Position numbers and translations under genes: made by a program. This document shows, in pieces, positions 37,702 to 47,581 of a stretch of DNA of 64,000 nt. The notes beneath the pieces are model-generated. The model did not search any database. It was not told the DNA's origin and worked only from the letters and a program-made list of their open reading frames with translations. The DNA is from an uncultured Gammaproteobacteria bacterium (GTDB taxonomy: Bacteria > Patescibacteriota > Patescibacteriia > JAHIZJ01). The first letter of the stretch is position 1. Each line of letters starts with the position of its first letter. The stretch covers positions 3,819 through 67,818 of the forward strand of contig CAZQLY010000002.1 in the NCBI GenBank assembly GCA_964594455.1, written 5' to 3'.

Positions 37702-38514
37702 TTATATTTCTACTTCTTTATCTAATCTTTCGATCTTTAATGTTTTCCCGTTTTTGGCATCGATTTCTACTACTATGGCGTTAACCTGGATGATTCCTGT
37801 TTCAGGGATCTCATGGATAAACGGCTGCTGAGTCAAGAATTTTTTGATAATGATATCCTTATCGACTCCCAGAACAGAATCGCGCGGTCCGACCATACCA
37901 ATGTCGGTTATATAGCCAGTCCCTTTGGGCAACACTGCCGGATCGGCCGTGGGCACGTGGGTATGAGTACCAAACACTGCTGAGACTCGTCCATCCACAT
38001 ACCAGCCAAAGGCTTTGGCCTCAGAGGTAGCTTCGGTGTGGAAGTCGATCAGTACGGCGTTGGGCCTTTCTGATTCGTAATCTTTTAATATCTGGTCGAC
38101 CGAACGAAACGGACAATCGAAATCTTCTTGAAAGAATACCCGTCCGTTAAGATTAATCAACAACACCTTCTTCGTTCCCAGAGTCACCAGCCGGTGTCCT
38201 TGACCTGGTGTTCCGGCTGGATAGTTAGCTGGCCGCAGAACCACTGGCTCTTTTTGCTCCAGAAGATCGGTAGCCTCCCTTTTTCTAAAGATGTGGTTTC
38301 CTGAAGTGAAGAGATCAATTCCAGCCGCTTGGCATTCTTCTATCGTCTTGGTGGTTACGCCAACGCCGTGAGCTATGTTCTCAGCGTTAGCAATAATCAA
38401 GTCGGGTTTTAATTCCTTTTTGAGCTCAGGCACTATCCGGTATAGCGCTGTGCGTCCAGGTCGTCCAACTACATCACCAAAGATGATAAATTTCAAAGTG
38501 GATTTAGCGGGCAT
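37702..38514 (-). CDS. ymdB: YmdB-family metallophosphoesterase
   Basis: GDVVGRPG, NAEN, TSGNH, DFHTEATSE, GTHTHVPTAD; downstream of rny. Confidence 0.92.
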   Translation of the reverse strand: MPAKSTLKFIIFGDVVGRPGRTALYRIVPELKKELKPDLIIANAENIAHGVGVTTKTIEECQAAGIDLFTSGNHIFRKREATDLLEQKEPVVLRPANYPAGTPGQGHRLVTLGTKKVLLINLNGRVFFQEDFDCPFRSVDQILKDYESERPNAVLIDFHTEATSEAKAFGWYVDGRVSAVFGTHTHVPTADPAVLPKGTGYITDIGMVGPRDSVLGVDKDIIIKKFLTQQPFIHEIPETGIIQVNAIVVEIDAKNGKTLKIERLDKEVEI

Positions 38515-40030
38515 ATTCTGTTATGCGTTTTTCTCGGATAAGGTTTACTTTTATTTCACCAGGATAGCGCAACTCTTCTTCAATACGGTTGGCAATATCT
38601 CGAGCTAATTTTTCAGCCGCCAGATCATCTATTTGTTCAGGTTTAACGAAAACGCGGATTTCCCTACCGGCTTGGATAGCGTAGGTTTTTTCAACGCCAT
38701 CAAAGGTTAAAGCGACATTTTCCAGCTCAGTTAACCTTTGGAGATAGTTTTCATAAGTATCTTTTCTAGCTCCAAATCTGGCTCCAGAAATAGCGTCAGC
38801 TACTTTGGCACAAATACCTTCCAGGGTTTTGGGAGCGTCTTCATGATGAGCAATTGAAATATAAGCTACTTCTTCCGGCAGACGAAACTTTTTCATGATG
38901 TCATAGCCGATCTTGGGATGCCCCCCCTGCACTTCATGATCAATAGCTTTACCGATATCATGCAAGAGACCACCTTTTTTAGCTACTGCCACATCAGCGC
39001 CCAGTTCTTCAGCCAGCATACCAGCTAAGTGTGATACTTCAATGGAATGCTTAAGTACATTTTGTCCATAGCTGGTTCGGTATTTCAAACGTCCTAGTAG
39101 TTGTACGAGCTTTGGATCCAGACCAGCCACACCGGCTTCGTAGACGGCTTCTTCTCCGGCTTCTCGGATATCTTTGGCTAATTCTTTTTTTGCAATTTCA
39201 ACAGTTTCTTCAATACGAGCTGGGTGAATGCGTCCGTCTTGGATCAGTTTTTCGATAGCTCTTTTAGCCAAATGCCTTCGGATAGGACTGAAACCTGATA
39301 TAACGATAACTTCTGGAGTATCGTCAACTACTACCTCTACTCCGGTCAGTTGTTCTATTACTCTGATGTTTCTACCCTCACGTCCGATAATTCTCCCTTT
39401 CATTTCATCGGAAGGCAGAGCTACGGTGGTGGTGGTAGTTTCTGAAGCGTGTGATGAGGCACAGCGCTGGATGACAACACTGAGGAGATTACGGGCTTCT
39501 CTCTCTACTTCCTCATGACTGCGTTGCTTAAGTTTTTTAATACGTTGGACGAGATCTTCTTCGATATTTTTTTCGGTGATAGCTAAAAGTTGTTCTTTAG
39601 CTTCGTCGCGATTCATGCCGGAAATTTTTTCCAGCTCTTTAGATTTAGCCTCACGTATTTTTTCTATTTCTTTTTTGACCGCCTCGATTCGACGAGCTCG
39701 ATCATAGAGTTTTTGCTGACGACTTTCTAATTCCATCAGCTTTTGGTCAAACATCCCTTCTCGTTTTTCTAAACGATCCTGGAGTCTGGTAATTTCTCCC
39801 CGACGATGACCCTCTTCCTTTTTAGAGTCATCAATGATTTTAATTGCTTTGTCTTTAGCGGTAAGGAGTATCTCCTTTTGTTTGTTCTGTGCTTGTCTGA
39901 TGAGATCTTGAGCTTTGGCTTCCGCTGAATCTGCTTTTTTGGAAATCGTTATTTTGTGTATCAAGTATCCCAAGATGCCACCGCTGGCTAACCCTACAGC
40001 CACCAAGACAATCCAAGTTGTTACTGACAT
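38504..40030 (-). CDS. rny: Ribonuclease Y
   Basis: N-terminal TM, coiled coil, KH (MKGRIIGREGRNIR), HD (LLHDIGKA). Confidence 0.97.
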   Translation of the reverse strand: MSVTTWIVLVAVGLASGGILGYLIHKITISKKADSAEAKAQDLIRQAQNKQKEILLTAKDKAIKIIDDSKKEEGHRRGEITRLQDRLEKREGMFDQKLMELESRQQKLYDRARRIEAVKKEIEKIREAKSKELEKISGMNRDEAKEQLLAITEKNIEEDLVQRIKKLKQRSHEEVEREARNLLSVVIQRCASSHASETTTTTVALPSDEMKGRIIGREGRNIRVIEQLTGVEVVVDDTPEVIVISGFSPIRRHLAKRAIEKLIQDGRIHPARIEETVEIAKKELAKDIREAGEEAVYEAGVAGLDPKLVQLLGRLKYRTSYGQNVLKHSIEVSHLAGMLAEELGADVAVAKKGGLLHDIGKAIDHEVQGGHPKIGYDIMKKFRLPEEVAYISIAHHEDAPKTLEGICAKVADAISGARFGARKDTYENYLQRLTELENVALTFDGVEKTYAIQAGREIRVFVKPEQIDDLAAEKLARDIANRIEEELRYPGEIKVNLIREKRITEYAR

Positions 40031-40156
40031 AAAGTTGCATCGTGATTAATAGATTTTTAAATAAGTTTAATGGCATTTGGCATAGTACCACGTTGGCTAA
40101 ATTTAGGCAAGAAATTACAAAAACTGGCCCTTTTTCTGAGCCAGAGTTTGTTATAA

Positions 40157-40735
40157 TTATTTCTTGATGATGCGGTCAATTATTCCGTACGTCTTTGCCT
40201 CTTCGGCGGACATGAAATAATCGCGATCTGTGTCTTTCTCGATTTTCTTGAGCGGCTGGCTGGTGTGCTGAGCTAGGATTTTGTTGAGTCGGTCTTTTAT
40301 CTTGATAATGTGTCGGGCTCGGATATCTACATCTATGGCTTGACCCTCAGCTCCACCCATCACTTGATGAATAAGAATTTCGGAATTAGGTAAAGCCAAG
40401 CGTTTGTTCTTTTGGCCGGCGGCCAGAAGAACAGCACCCATACTGCCGGCTAAGCCCAAGCAGATTGTTGAAACAGGGGGCTTAACATATTGCATTGTAT
40501 CATAGATAGCCATGCCGGCAGTGACCGATCCACCCGGAGTGTTGATGTAAAGTTTTATTTCTTTGTTCTTATCTTCACTTTCCAGAAATAGTAATTGAGC
40601 GATGACGGTGTTGGCGACGTTATCATCAATCGGAGATCCCAGGAAGATTATCTTTTCTTTTAAAAGACGAGAATAAATATCGTAGGCTCGTTCACCGAAA
40701 TTTGATTTTTCGACTACGGTTGGTATGAGATACAT
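40157..40735 (-). CDS. clpP: ATP-dependent Clp protease proteolytic subunit
   Basis: [34 protein letters not shown]. Confidence 0.96.
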   Translation of the reverse strand: MYLIPTVVEKSNFGERAYDIYSRLLKEKIIFLGSPIDDNVANTVIAQLLFLESEDKNKEIKLYINTPGGSVTAGMAIYDTMQYVKPPVSTICLGLAGSMGAVLLAAGQKNKRLALPNSEILIHQVMGGAEGQAIDVDIRARHIIKIKDRLNKILAQHTSQPLKKIEKDTDRDYFMSAEEAKTYGIIDRIIKK

Positions 40736-40799
40736 ATGTTTTAATTAAGAATTATTAATTAAGAATGAAGAATGACGGTATGTACTATTATAAAAAAAT

Positions 40800-41768
40800 T
40801 CAGCTTACTTGCCAATGCCTACCATTGTGTTTCAATTTTCCTTGGACTGTAAAACCAGCGGCTCGTTTATGACCCCCTCCGCCTAGTTCTGTTGCCAGCC
40901 GGGAAACGTCAATACCCGGCGTGGTAGTTCGTAAGCTACCTTTAATTTTGTTGTCGGGTTCTTGCTTTAATACCATTATAGCTTTGGCGCCAGACAAATT
41001 ATTCAAGAAGTTGGCTATCCCCTCAACAGATTCCTCATTAGTATCGTGCTCTTCTAAATCATTTTGAGTGATTACAGTCGTAGATAATCCAAACCTTGGA
41101 TTATAAGTTAATCGAGATAGCGCCACTCCCCAAAGTTTTAGCGTGGGTAATGATTTTGATTGAGCGGCAGTGGTAATTCTTCTCAAACGAGCTCCTTTGA
41201 TCAATAGGCGCGAGGCTGTATCTATTATACCTCTAGTCGTATTAGCGTGGGCGAATCCGCCCGTGTCATAAACAATCCCGGTTAGCAAACAAGTAGCGAT
41301 TATTTTATCGTAAGATATATTTAAGTTTTCAAAAAAATGAAAAATTATTTCAGTAGTGGCAGCGGCAGTCGGCTCGACAATATTAATTGAACCAAATTGA
41401 TGATTAGTAGGGTGATGGTCAATGTTCACCAGTGGCCTGGCTATCAGCTGACTGATTGATTCCTTGGGCAGATCGAGCATTTTTAAATCCGCAAAATCTA
41501 CTGCTATGATTAGATTGTATTGCGGAAAATCTAATTTGCTAATATCGGTCGAAATCCTTTCAAAACCAGGCAAATACTCAAATTGATTTGAAGGAGGTTT
41601 ACCGGCAAAAACCACACACTCTTTGTTGAGTGATTGAAAATAGTGCATTAGAGCCAGGCTCGCACCCAAACTGTCACCGTCAGAATCTTTTGGATTCAAT
41701 ATTAAAATACGCTCAGCCTTGTTTATCAGCTCAGAAAAATTATCCCAAGTTTTATCAGGTATTGTCAT
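40800..41768 (-). CDS. nrnA: DHH/DHHA1 oligoribonuclease/pAp phosphatase NrnA
   Basis: DGDSLGA, NIDHH, DTGGF, GSLR, GGGGH; follows rbfA. Confidence 0.88.
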   Translation of the reverse strand: MTIPDKTWDNFSELINKAERILILNPKDSDGDSLGASLALMHYFQSLNKECVVFAGKPPSNQFEYLPGFERISTDISKLDFPQYNLIIAVDFADLKMLDLPKESISQLIARPLVNIDHHPTNHQFGSINIVEPTAAATTEIIFHFFENLNISYDKIIATCLLTGIVYDTGGFAHANTTRGIIDTASRLLIKGARLRRITTAAQSKSLPTLKLWGVALSRLTYNPRFGLSTTVITQNDLEEHDTNEESVEGIANFLNNLSGAKAIMVLKQEPDNKIKGSLRTTTPGIDVSRLATELGGGGHKRAAGFTVQGKLKHNGRHWQVS

Positions 41769-42102
41769 GATGTATTTGATCAATCAATTCATCAATCCGA
41801 GCGGCCTTTTCTTCTGATTCATCTATCTTGAATCTCAAATGCGGTATAACTCTCATCACTAGTTTTTGACCCAGCTGATGTTGAATTTCTTTGCTGGATT
41901 GGAGAATAATAGGAAAAACCTCCCGTGATTTGTCAATCGGATAAATCTTGAGCCAGACCTGGGCGTGTTCCAGATCGGCCGATGTATCCACGCGGCTAAT
42001 GGTGACTATGCTATCACCGGGTAACTCCAGCTCACGCGTAAATATCTTGCCCAGCTCATCGCGGATAAGTTCGTTTACTTGAGCGATACGTTTCGAGGGC
42101 AC
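41755..42102 (-). CDS. rbfA: Ribosome-binding factor A
   Basis: VTISRVDTSADL..A.V, RVIPHLRFKIDES; downstream of infB. Confidence 0.9.
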   Translation of the reverse strand: MPSKRIAQVNELIRDELGKIFTRELELPGDSIVTISRVDTSADLEHAQVWLKIYPIDKSREVFPIILQSSKEIQHQLGQKLVMRVIPHLRFKIDESEEKAARIDELIDQIHHDNT

Positions 42103-42103
42103 G

Positions 42104-43897
42104 TTATTGAATGATGAGTTTCTTTTGCTTGGTCTCTTCGCGGTAGACGTTGAAGCGATCTCCTACCTCAATAGCTAGGTCGCTTTTTAATTTCAGTCCG
42201 CACTCCCGACCGGAAGTGACTTCCGAAACAGCCTGTTTATCTATTTGCAGTTGAGTTATTAGTGCTTGTCCGATAACCTCTTTTTGCCTAACGATTTCGA
42301 CTTTTGAATCAGGCAGTAATTTTCCCTTGGTTACTTTACCACCCGCTATTACTAGGGGAAGTTTGGTACGGAATACAGCCAGTACATTTAATACACCTAA
42401 TTCTGTTTTAATTATTTCAGGGCTCATTAATTCTTCCAAGCCGGCCACGACGTCGTTAATCAAATCATAGATTACCTGAAATGGTTGGATGGTAAACTCT
42501 TGTCCTTTGGCTACTTCTTGAGCATGCGGAGTAATGGCAACGTTAAATGCATATAATTTAGCTTGGGCAGTTGTAGCTCTGAGCACATCTGCCTCGGTAA
42601 CATTGCCCAGCCCCTTAGCCACAACTTTTACACTAACATCCTCACCCTTTATTTTTTCCAAAGATTCTATTATCGCTTCTAAAGACCCTAGAACATCGGC
42701 CTTGATAACAACATTAAGTTGTTTAACTGTTGGTGCCTTATTGTCCTTTGACTGAGCTTCAACATCTTTTTTCTTAATATGAACAGTGGGAGTAGTTGGT
42801 TTGTAATCTTTCTGCTTCCTGATTTTATTCAGTTCTTTCTTATCAATCACAGTTAAGATGTCACCCACTTTGGCCGCCCTTTTAAGCCCTATGATTTCTG
42901 ATGGTTGGGAGGGAACAGCTTTTTTTATTTCTTTACCAAGGTGGTCACGCATTATTTTTACTTTACCGCCCACAACCCCCCCGACAGTTATTAAATCACC
43001 AGCATGCAGCGTACCAGTTTGTATGACTACTGTAGCTACCGGACCCCTGCCTTTATCAATGTTAGATTCGATTACCGTACCGACAGCCTCACGGGTTGGA
43101 TCGGCTACGATCTGTTTTTTATTTACATCAGCTACCAGTAGAAGCAGGTCAAGTAATTCACGAATGTTAGTTTTTTGTTTAGCCGATATTTCGATGACAG
43201 GTATCTTGCCGCCCCAGTCTTCTACTAAGACATCTTTTTCAGCCAGCTGTTGTTTAGTTTTATCAGGATTAGCGTCAGGCAAATCAATTTTATTAATTGC
43301 CACGATCATCGGCAGCTGACTTTTTTTGATAATTTCAATAGCTTCCACGGTCTGTGGCTTGACTCCGTCGTTTGCGGCTACGATCAAAATAGCAATATCG
43401 GCCACTCTAGCTCCGCGTGATCGCATAGCGGTGAAAGCTTCATGCCCCGGCGTGTCAATAAAAGTAATCAATCTACCTTTTTCTTCTATTTGATAGGCTC
43501 CGATATGCTGAGTAATGCCTCCGGCTTCACCATCAACTACGTTTGTCTCTCGGACAGCATCCAGAAGCTTGGTTTTTCCATGATCGACGTGCCCCATTAC
43601 CACCACAACTGGCGGGCGGCTAGTTTGACCTTCCTTTGATTCTGACTGAATAAGCTTCTCAGCCTCTTTGGCTGAACCATCTTCCTCGTCTACCTGAATA
43701 ACTTCAAACCCCATATCTTCAGCCACTATGGCCGCAGTATCAAAATCAATCCACTCGTTCAAAGTAGACATTACCCCGTTCTGCATCAGGTTAGATATAA
43801 CATCAGTGACCGGCTTGTCCATTTTTTCAGCCAGGTCTTTGACTACTATCTTGGAAGGTATTTCAATTTTCTGAGTTGTTGTCTCTGTCATAGTCAT
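42104..43897 (-). CDS. infB: Translation initiation factor IF-2 (short form)
   Basis: [38 protein letters not shown]. Confidence 0.97.
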   Translation of the reverse strand: MTMTETTTQKIEIPSKIVVKDLAEKMDKPVTDVISNLMQNGVMSTLNEWIDFDTAAIVAEDMGFEVIQVDEEDGSAKEAEKLIQSESKEGQTSRPPVVVVMGHVDHGKTKLLDAVRETNVVDGEAGGITQHIGAYQIEEKGRLITFIDTPGHEAFTAMRSRGARVADIAILIVAANDGVKPQTVEAIEIIKKSQLPMIVAINKIDLPDANPDKTKQQLAEKDVLVEDWGGKIPVIEISAKQKTNIRELLDLLLLVADVNKKQIVADPTREAVGTVIESNIDKGRGPVATVVIQTGTLHAGDLITVGGVVGGKVKIMRDHLGKEIKKAVPSQPSEIIGLKRAAKVGDILTVIDKKELNKIRKQKDYKPTTPTVHIKKKDVEAQSKDNKAPTVKQLNVVIKADVLGSLEAIIESLEKIKGEDVSVKVVAKGLGNVTEADVLRATTAQAKLYAFNVAITPHAQEVAKGQEFTIQPFQVIYDLINDVVAGLEELMSPEIIKTELGVLNVLAVFRTKLPLVIAGGKVTKGKLLPDSKVEIVRQKEVIGQALITQLQIDKQAVSEVTSGRECGLKLKSDLAIEVGDRFNVYREETKQKKLIIQ

Positions 43898-43982
43898 TAG
43901 ACTTCCATACATTCTACAGATTAACACTATTATTGTCAATAAAAAAGCCCCGCTCAGTAGCAGGGCAGAAACAGGAAAGAGC

Positions 43983-45101
43983 TTAGGTCAGCTGATCCGG
44001 GTTCAGGCCGGCCAGTTCCTTGATGACGAAGAGGCCATCCTTGCGAATCAGGTTACCATCGAACCAGATCTCGCCTCCACCCATGTCCGGGGTCTGCTTG
44101 TGGATCAGGTCCCAGTGAATGCCGGACTTGTTGCCGTTCGGCGCCCGGTCGTAGGAATTACCCAGAGCCATGTGAATGGAGCCGGAGATCTTCTCATCGA
44201 AGAGCGTATCGAGAATAGGGGCCGTGATGTGTGGATTCAGGCCAAAGGCGAATTCGCCTACGCCGCGTGAACCCCTATCGCGATCCAGTATGCTCTCCAA
44301 CCGAGCATTGTCTCCGTCGGTATGTGATTCAACCACTTTACCTTTCTTGAAAACCAGGGTGATGTTCGGGAAAACGGTACCTTCGAACAGACTGGCGCAA
44401 TTGAATCTGACTTGTCCGTTCAAAGAAGTCTTGACTGGAGCGGTAAAGACTTCACCGTCCGGAACGTTGAGATGTCCGTCGCACTTGACTACCGGAATTT
44501 CCTTGATAGAGAAACTAAGATCAGTGTCCGGACCGACGATCCTGACCTGGTCCGTGCGCTCCATCAAAGCCTTGAGCGGGTCCATGGCTTGACTCATGCG
44601 CGGGTAGTCGAGCAGGCAGACGCGGTAGTAGAAGTCGGCGAAACCCTCCAGTGACATGCCAGCCTGCTGAGCCATGGCATCATTGGGATAGCGCAGGACA
44701 ACCCAGCGGGTTTTCGGTACGCGCACCTTGAGATGAACCGGACCCTGAACGAGTTCGGTAAAAAGCGACTGCTTTTCAGCCGGTACGTCACTCAATTCCC
44801 GAGTGTTGGATGTTCCGCGAATGCCGATGTAGCACTGCATCTTCCTCATTCTGGGCAGAGCGAACTTTGCCAAAGCGGCAATCTGCTCACGAGTTCCGTG
44901 GAGCAGGATACGGCGCAGCATGGCTTCGTCTCTGAACTCGGTTTGAACCAGAGCTCCGCGTTCCAGGGCCACACTGACAACATCACGAGCCAAGGGCAAT
45001 GTATCTTCGCCGATTGCCTCGACCAGGACATTGTCGCCTCCTTGGACAGCCATTGAGTAGCCAACTAGCATTTCTGCAAATTGGCGATTCCGTGGATCCA
45101 T
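43983..45101 (-). CDS. Aminopeptidase, M29 (AmpS/AmpT) family
   Basis: NVPDGEVFTAP, GEFAFG, LFDEKISGSIHMALG, SGIHWD; GGAGG SD. Confidence 0.9.
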   Translation of the reverse strand: MDPRNRQFAEMLVGYSMAVQGGDNVLVEAIGEDTLPLARDVVSVALERGALVQTEFRDEAMLRRILLHGTREQIAALAKFALPRMRKMQCYIGIRGTSNTRELSDVPAEKQSLFTELVQGPVHLKVRVPKTRWVVLRYPNDAMAQQAGMSLEGFADFYYRVCLLDYPRMSQAMDPLKALMERTDQVRIVGPDTDLSFSIKEIPVVKCDGHLNVPDGEVFTAPVKTSLNGQVRFNCASLFEGTVFPNITLVFKKGKVVESHTDGDNARLESILDRDRGSRGVGEFAFGLNPHITAPILDTLFDEKISGSIHMALGNSYDRAPNGNKSGIHWDLIHKQTPDMGGGEIWFDGNLIRKDGLFVIKELAGLNPDQLT

Positions 45102-45196
45102 TGAGAACCTCCTTGCCGGTTTCAGTAAAGTTGAATTGAAGACTGGAATAAGAAAAGAGCAGTAAAACCTTACTTTTTATTATCACTTTTGTCAAT

Positions 45197-45307
45197 AAAA
45201 AAAGGGGGTCTCGGGAGAGGTGGTGGAGCCTCTCCACTATGAGACCCCCGGTAGGACAGCCCAGGAGGGTGGTTGGAAACCACATAAAGGCCGCCTACCA
45301 ATACGGT
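45197..45307 (-). ncRNA. Candidate structured small RNA (two long hairpins ending in a U-tract)
   Basis: GGTAGG-CGGCC..GGGCTG-T-CCTACC and GGGGGTCTC..GAGACCCCC-T7; TTGGTA-17-TATAGT upstream. Confidence 0.4.
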
Positions 45308-45319
45308 TGTTATACTATA

Positions 45320-46069
45320 TTAAAACTCCCTATTTTTACCAACTATCACTCTGAGTCTATTTTTTGCTACACCCACCTTGGCCGGTGTTTTTATCACTGC
45401 CTGCCCATCAGCAATAACGGGTTGACTATCGCTTGATTTTATCTCGGCGGTGCTGACCGGAAAAACGCTATTAGTCGAAGTATTTTTTTTAAAGAGTTTA
45501 CCCATTCCTGATCCTTCTGCTCCTGAGACAATCACTTCCAAAACACCATCGCGCGGATCACATTTCATATCATCTGTTACGACAGCCCCAAAGTTATATA
45601 TGGTCATGTTTTGATTTGACCTGAGGGATTTAATTGTATATTGGTTATTCAAAAATAAAGTACCCGATGGTATTTCCAGATGAGTCAAAAAGTATTGGTC
45701 ATTAACTTTCCCCAGGTCCAACCTTTCTATGACCCGGGCGGACAAAACATCACAAGCCTTTTCTCCTTCTGGTATGCCGAGCAGTTTGGCCAAACGGTTA
45801 GGCTTGCCTAAGGGAATAATTCCGAGACTGACTTTGTTGCCGGCAACAAGAGAAATTATTTTAGTAACAGTTTCGTCGTTTCCAACTGCGACGATTGTCT
45901 CGGCACCTTTTTTAATGGCGTCGGTTACTAGTTCATCAATACTGGTCAAAACAGAAAGTCGACATATCTTTCCGGCAATGCCTAAATCAGTTAAGCGTGT
46001 TTCAACTCGGGCAATGGAATTTTGAAAACGCTGGTCACTAACAAATGTATCGTATATGTATACGTACAT
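45320..46069 (-). CDS. Diacylglycerol-kinase (YegS)-like protein, divergent
   Basis: AVGNDET (GGDGT-like), LGIIPLG..N.LA..LGIP, ADGQ. Confidence 0.75.
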   Translation of the reverse strand: MYVYIYDTFVSDQRFQNSIARVETRLTDLGIAGKICRLSVLTSIDELVTDAIKKGAETIVAVGNDETVTKIISLVAGNKVSLGIIPLGKPNRLAKLLGIPEGEKACDVLSARVIERLDLGKVNDQYFLTHLEIPSGTLFLNNQYTIKSLRSNQNMTIYNFGAVVTDDMKCDPRDGVLEVIVSGAEGSGMGKLFKKNTSTNSVFPVSTAEIKSSDSQPVIADGQAVIKTPAKVGVAKNRLRVIVGKNREF

Positions 46070-46075
46070 AAAAAG

Positions 46076-46495
46076 TTATTTGTTATTGCGCTTGTCTTTT
46101 TTATCTACGACTGGTTCATCAGGTTCAGTAACGTTCTGTCCGTTTGAACTCATGCTAACCTTTCCATTGACGATAGCACCCGACTCCATTGAAATATTAG
46201 CAGCTTTAATGTTACCGTGAATCTTAGCTGTCTTTGTCATTTCAATTTTTTCACTGGCAACAATTTGGTTACCACGAATTTCACCGGCAGTAAAAATATT
46301 CTTTGCTTCGACATCAGCTTTTATTTTTGCTTGAGACCCGATAGTTAGATTACCATCAGTTTTTAGAGTGCCATTGACTTGACCTTCTACAATAACATTG
46401 CCGTTCCCAATAAAATTACCTTCGACTTGGACTGATGGACCGATAACTGTATCCATCCTTTCAGAGCTTTTTCCTTCTTTAGTAAACATAAACAA
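46076..46495 (-). CDS. Bactofilin (polymer-forming cytoskeletal protein)
   Basis: TVIGPSVQVEGN..VEGQVNG..IHGNI..MESGAIVNG. Confidence 0.88.
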   Translation of the reverse strand: MFMFTKEGKSSERMDTVIGPSVQVEGNFIGNGNVIVEGQVNGTLKTDGNLTIGSQAKIKADVEAKNIFTAGEIRGNQIVASEKIEMTKTAKIHGNIKAANISMESGAIVNGKVSMSSNGQNVTEPDEPVVDKKDKRNNK

Positions 46496-46611
46496 TATAA
46501 TTAGTTAATAATGCTACTCCAATCTTATGGTGTATTAGGCCTGCTTGTCAAAAAAATCTTGTGGGTTATGCGGTCATCAGATAAACTGTAAGGTAGAGTA
46601 ACCATAATTAT

Positions 46612-46803
46612 ATGAATGAAGAAAATTTACAAGACGAGAAAAATGAGACAACCGTATCAAAAAACATGTCTCATATGGGACTATTGACAATACTAATAAT
46701 TAGTGTTGTAATTATAGTAATGTTTGGTGTGCTTTACTATTTTGAAGCAAACAACGGATTAATGACAGATTTGTCCCAAAAGGTGACAAACTACATTATT
46801 TAG
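46612..46803 (+). CDS. Small single-TM hypothetical protein
   Basis: 63 aa with one hydrophobic segment. Confidence 0.5.
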   Translation: MNEENLQDEKNETTVSKNMSHMGLLTILIISVVIIVMFGVLYYFEANNGLMTDLSQKVTNYII

Positions 46804-46846
46804 TTTTACGACACTTAAAATATACTAAAATAAGCTTATTTAATAT

Positions 46847-46862
46847 TGTTCCACGTGGAACA
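46847..46862. promoter_or_regulatory. parS: parS site 1
   Basis: Perfect palindrome TGTTCCACGTGGAACA, fits the Spo0J/ParB parS type (TGTTNCACGTGAAACA). Confidence 0.8.
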
Positions 46863-46895
46863 TGTCATTCACTAATAACGTGTTGTAACACCCCT

Positions 46896-46970
46896 GCCCC
46901 CGTAGTTCAATGGATAGAACAAGGGACTCCTAAGCCCTGGATGGTGGTTCGATTCCGCCCGGGGGCACCA
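46896..46970 (+). tRNA. tRNA-Arg(CCT)
   Basis: GCCCCCG/CGGGGGC acceptor, loop CTCCTAA, TTCGATT, CCA. Confidence 0.92.
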
Positions 46971-46998
46971 TAGCTTGCTCGCCAATTATAATCATTTA

Positions 46999-47234
46999 GG
47001 GCCCATAGCTCAGCTGACTTAGAGCCTGCCTGCGCTAAAGCCGGAGATTAGCTTCGGCAAAGGCAGGCGTCGCATTCGCACCCGCCCCCCCCCCGAAGCA
47101 TGGGCTGTTAGCTCAGTTGGTAGAGCGCTGCACTCGCATTGCAGAGGTCACCGGTTCGATTCCGGTACAGTCCACCAGCCCGTGCGGCGGGCAGGTTGCA
47201 GAGGTCACCGGTTCAATTCCGGCTGGATCCACCA
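46999..47234 (+). pseudogene. Decayed tRNA-Ala(CGC) split into a 5' half (46999-47080, with hairpin insert 47024-47068) and a 3' half (47196-47234) that bracket the intact tRNA-Ala
   Basis: GGGCCCA pairs with TGGATCC-ACCA; the halves rejoin as anticodon loop TTCGCA|T. Confidence 0.8.
47102..47177 (+). tRNA. tRNA-Ala(CGC)
   Basis: GGGCTGT/ACAGTCC acceptor with G3:U70, CTGCA-CTCGCAT-TGCAG, TTCGATT, CCA. Confidence 0.95.
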
Positions 47235-47276
47235 TATAAAGCTATAAATAAACAATAAGTAAAATAAAAGTAATTT

Positions 47277-47528
47277 ATGATCTACAGAGAAGCCCTTGGA
47301 ACATCAATAAGTGACGCGATTCAAATAAAAAGCTCCATAATTAACAAGAACGGTGAAAATAAAGAAAAGATGGATCATTTAAAAATGATGTTTGGTAAAA
47401 AAGGAGATTGGTCGATAATTAATCAAAAGAATCTAAAAAAAGGTAAGAAAAAGTATCTAATAGTTAATATATTGTTATCAAATAACACTACAATGGCTGT
47501 ATATTTTGATGTTTCAAGGATGGAATAA
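47277..47528 (+). CDS. Hypothetical protein
   Basis: 83-aa AT-rich ORF; no recognised motif. Confidence 0.45.
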   Translation: MIYREALGTSISDAIQIKSSIINKNGENKEKMDHLKMMFGKKGDWSIINQKNLKKGKKKYLIVNILLSNNTTMAVYFDVSRME

Positions 47529-47529
47529 T

Positions 47530-47545
47530 TGTTCCACGTGGAACA
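47530..47545. promoter_or_regulatory. parS: parS site 2
   Basis: TGTTCCACGTGGAACA, identical to site 1. Confidence 0.8.
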
Positions 47546-47581
47546 TTGTTATATAGTCCTCAAAAGAAAGGGGGTGAATAA

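Noticed and set aside
45197-45307. SRP (4.5S) or 6S RNA
   Set aside because: No SRP helix-8 motif (CAGG..GNRA..AGCAG), and it is too short and two-domain for the single long 6S hairpin.
47081-47195. Insertion at position 37/38 as a spliceable tRNA intron
   Set aside because: No group I core or clear bulge-helix-bulge seen. The outer tRNA has mismatches in the acceptor, anticodon and T stems and a second insert, so it looks dead.
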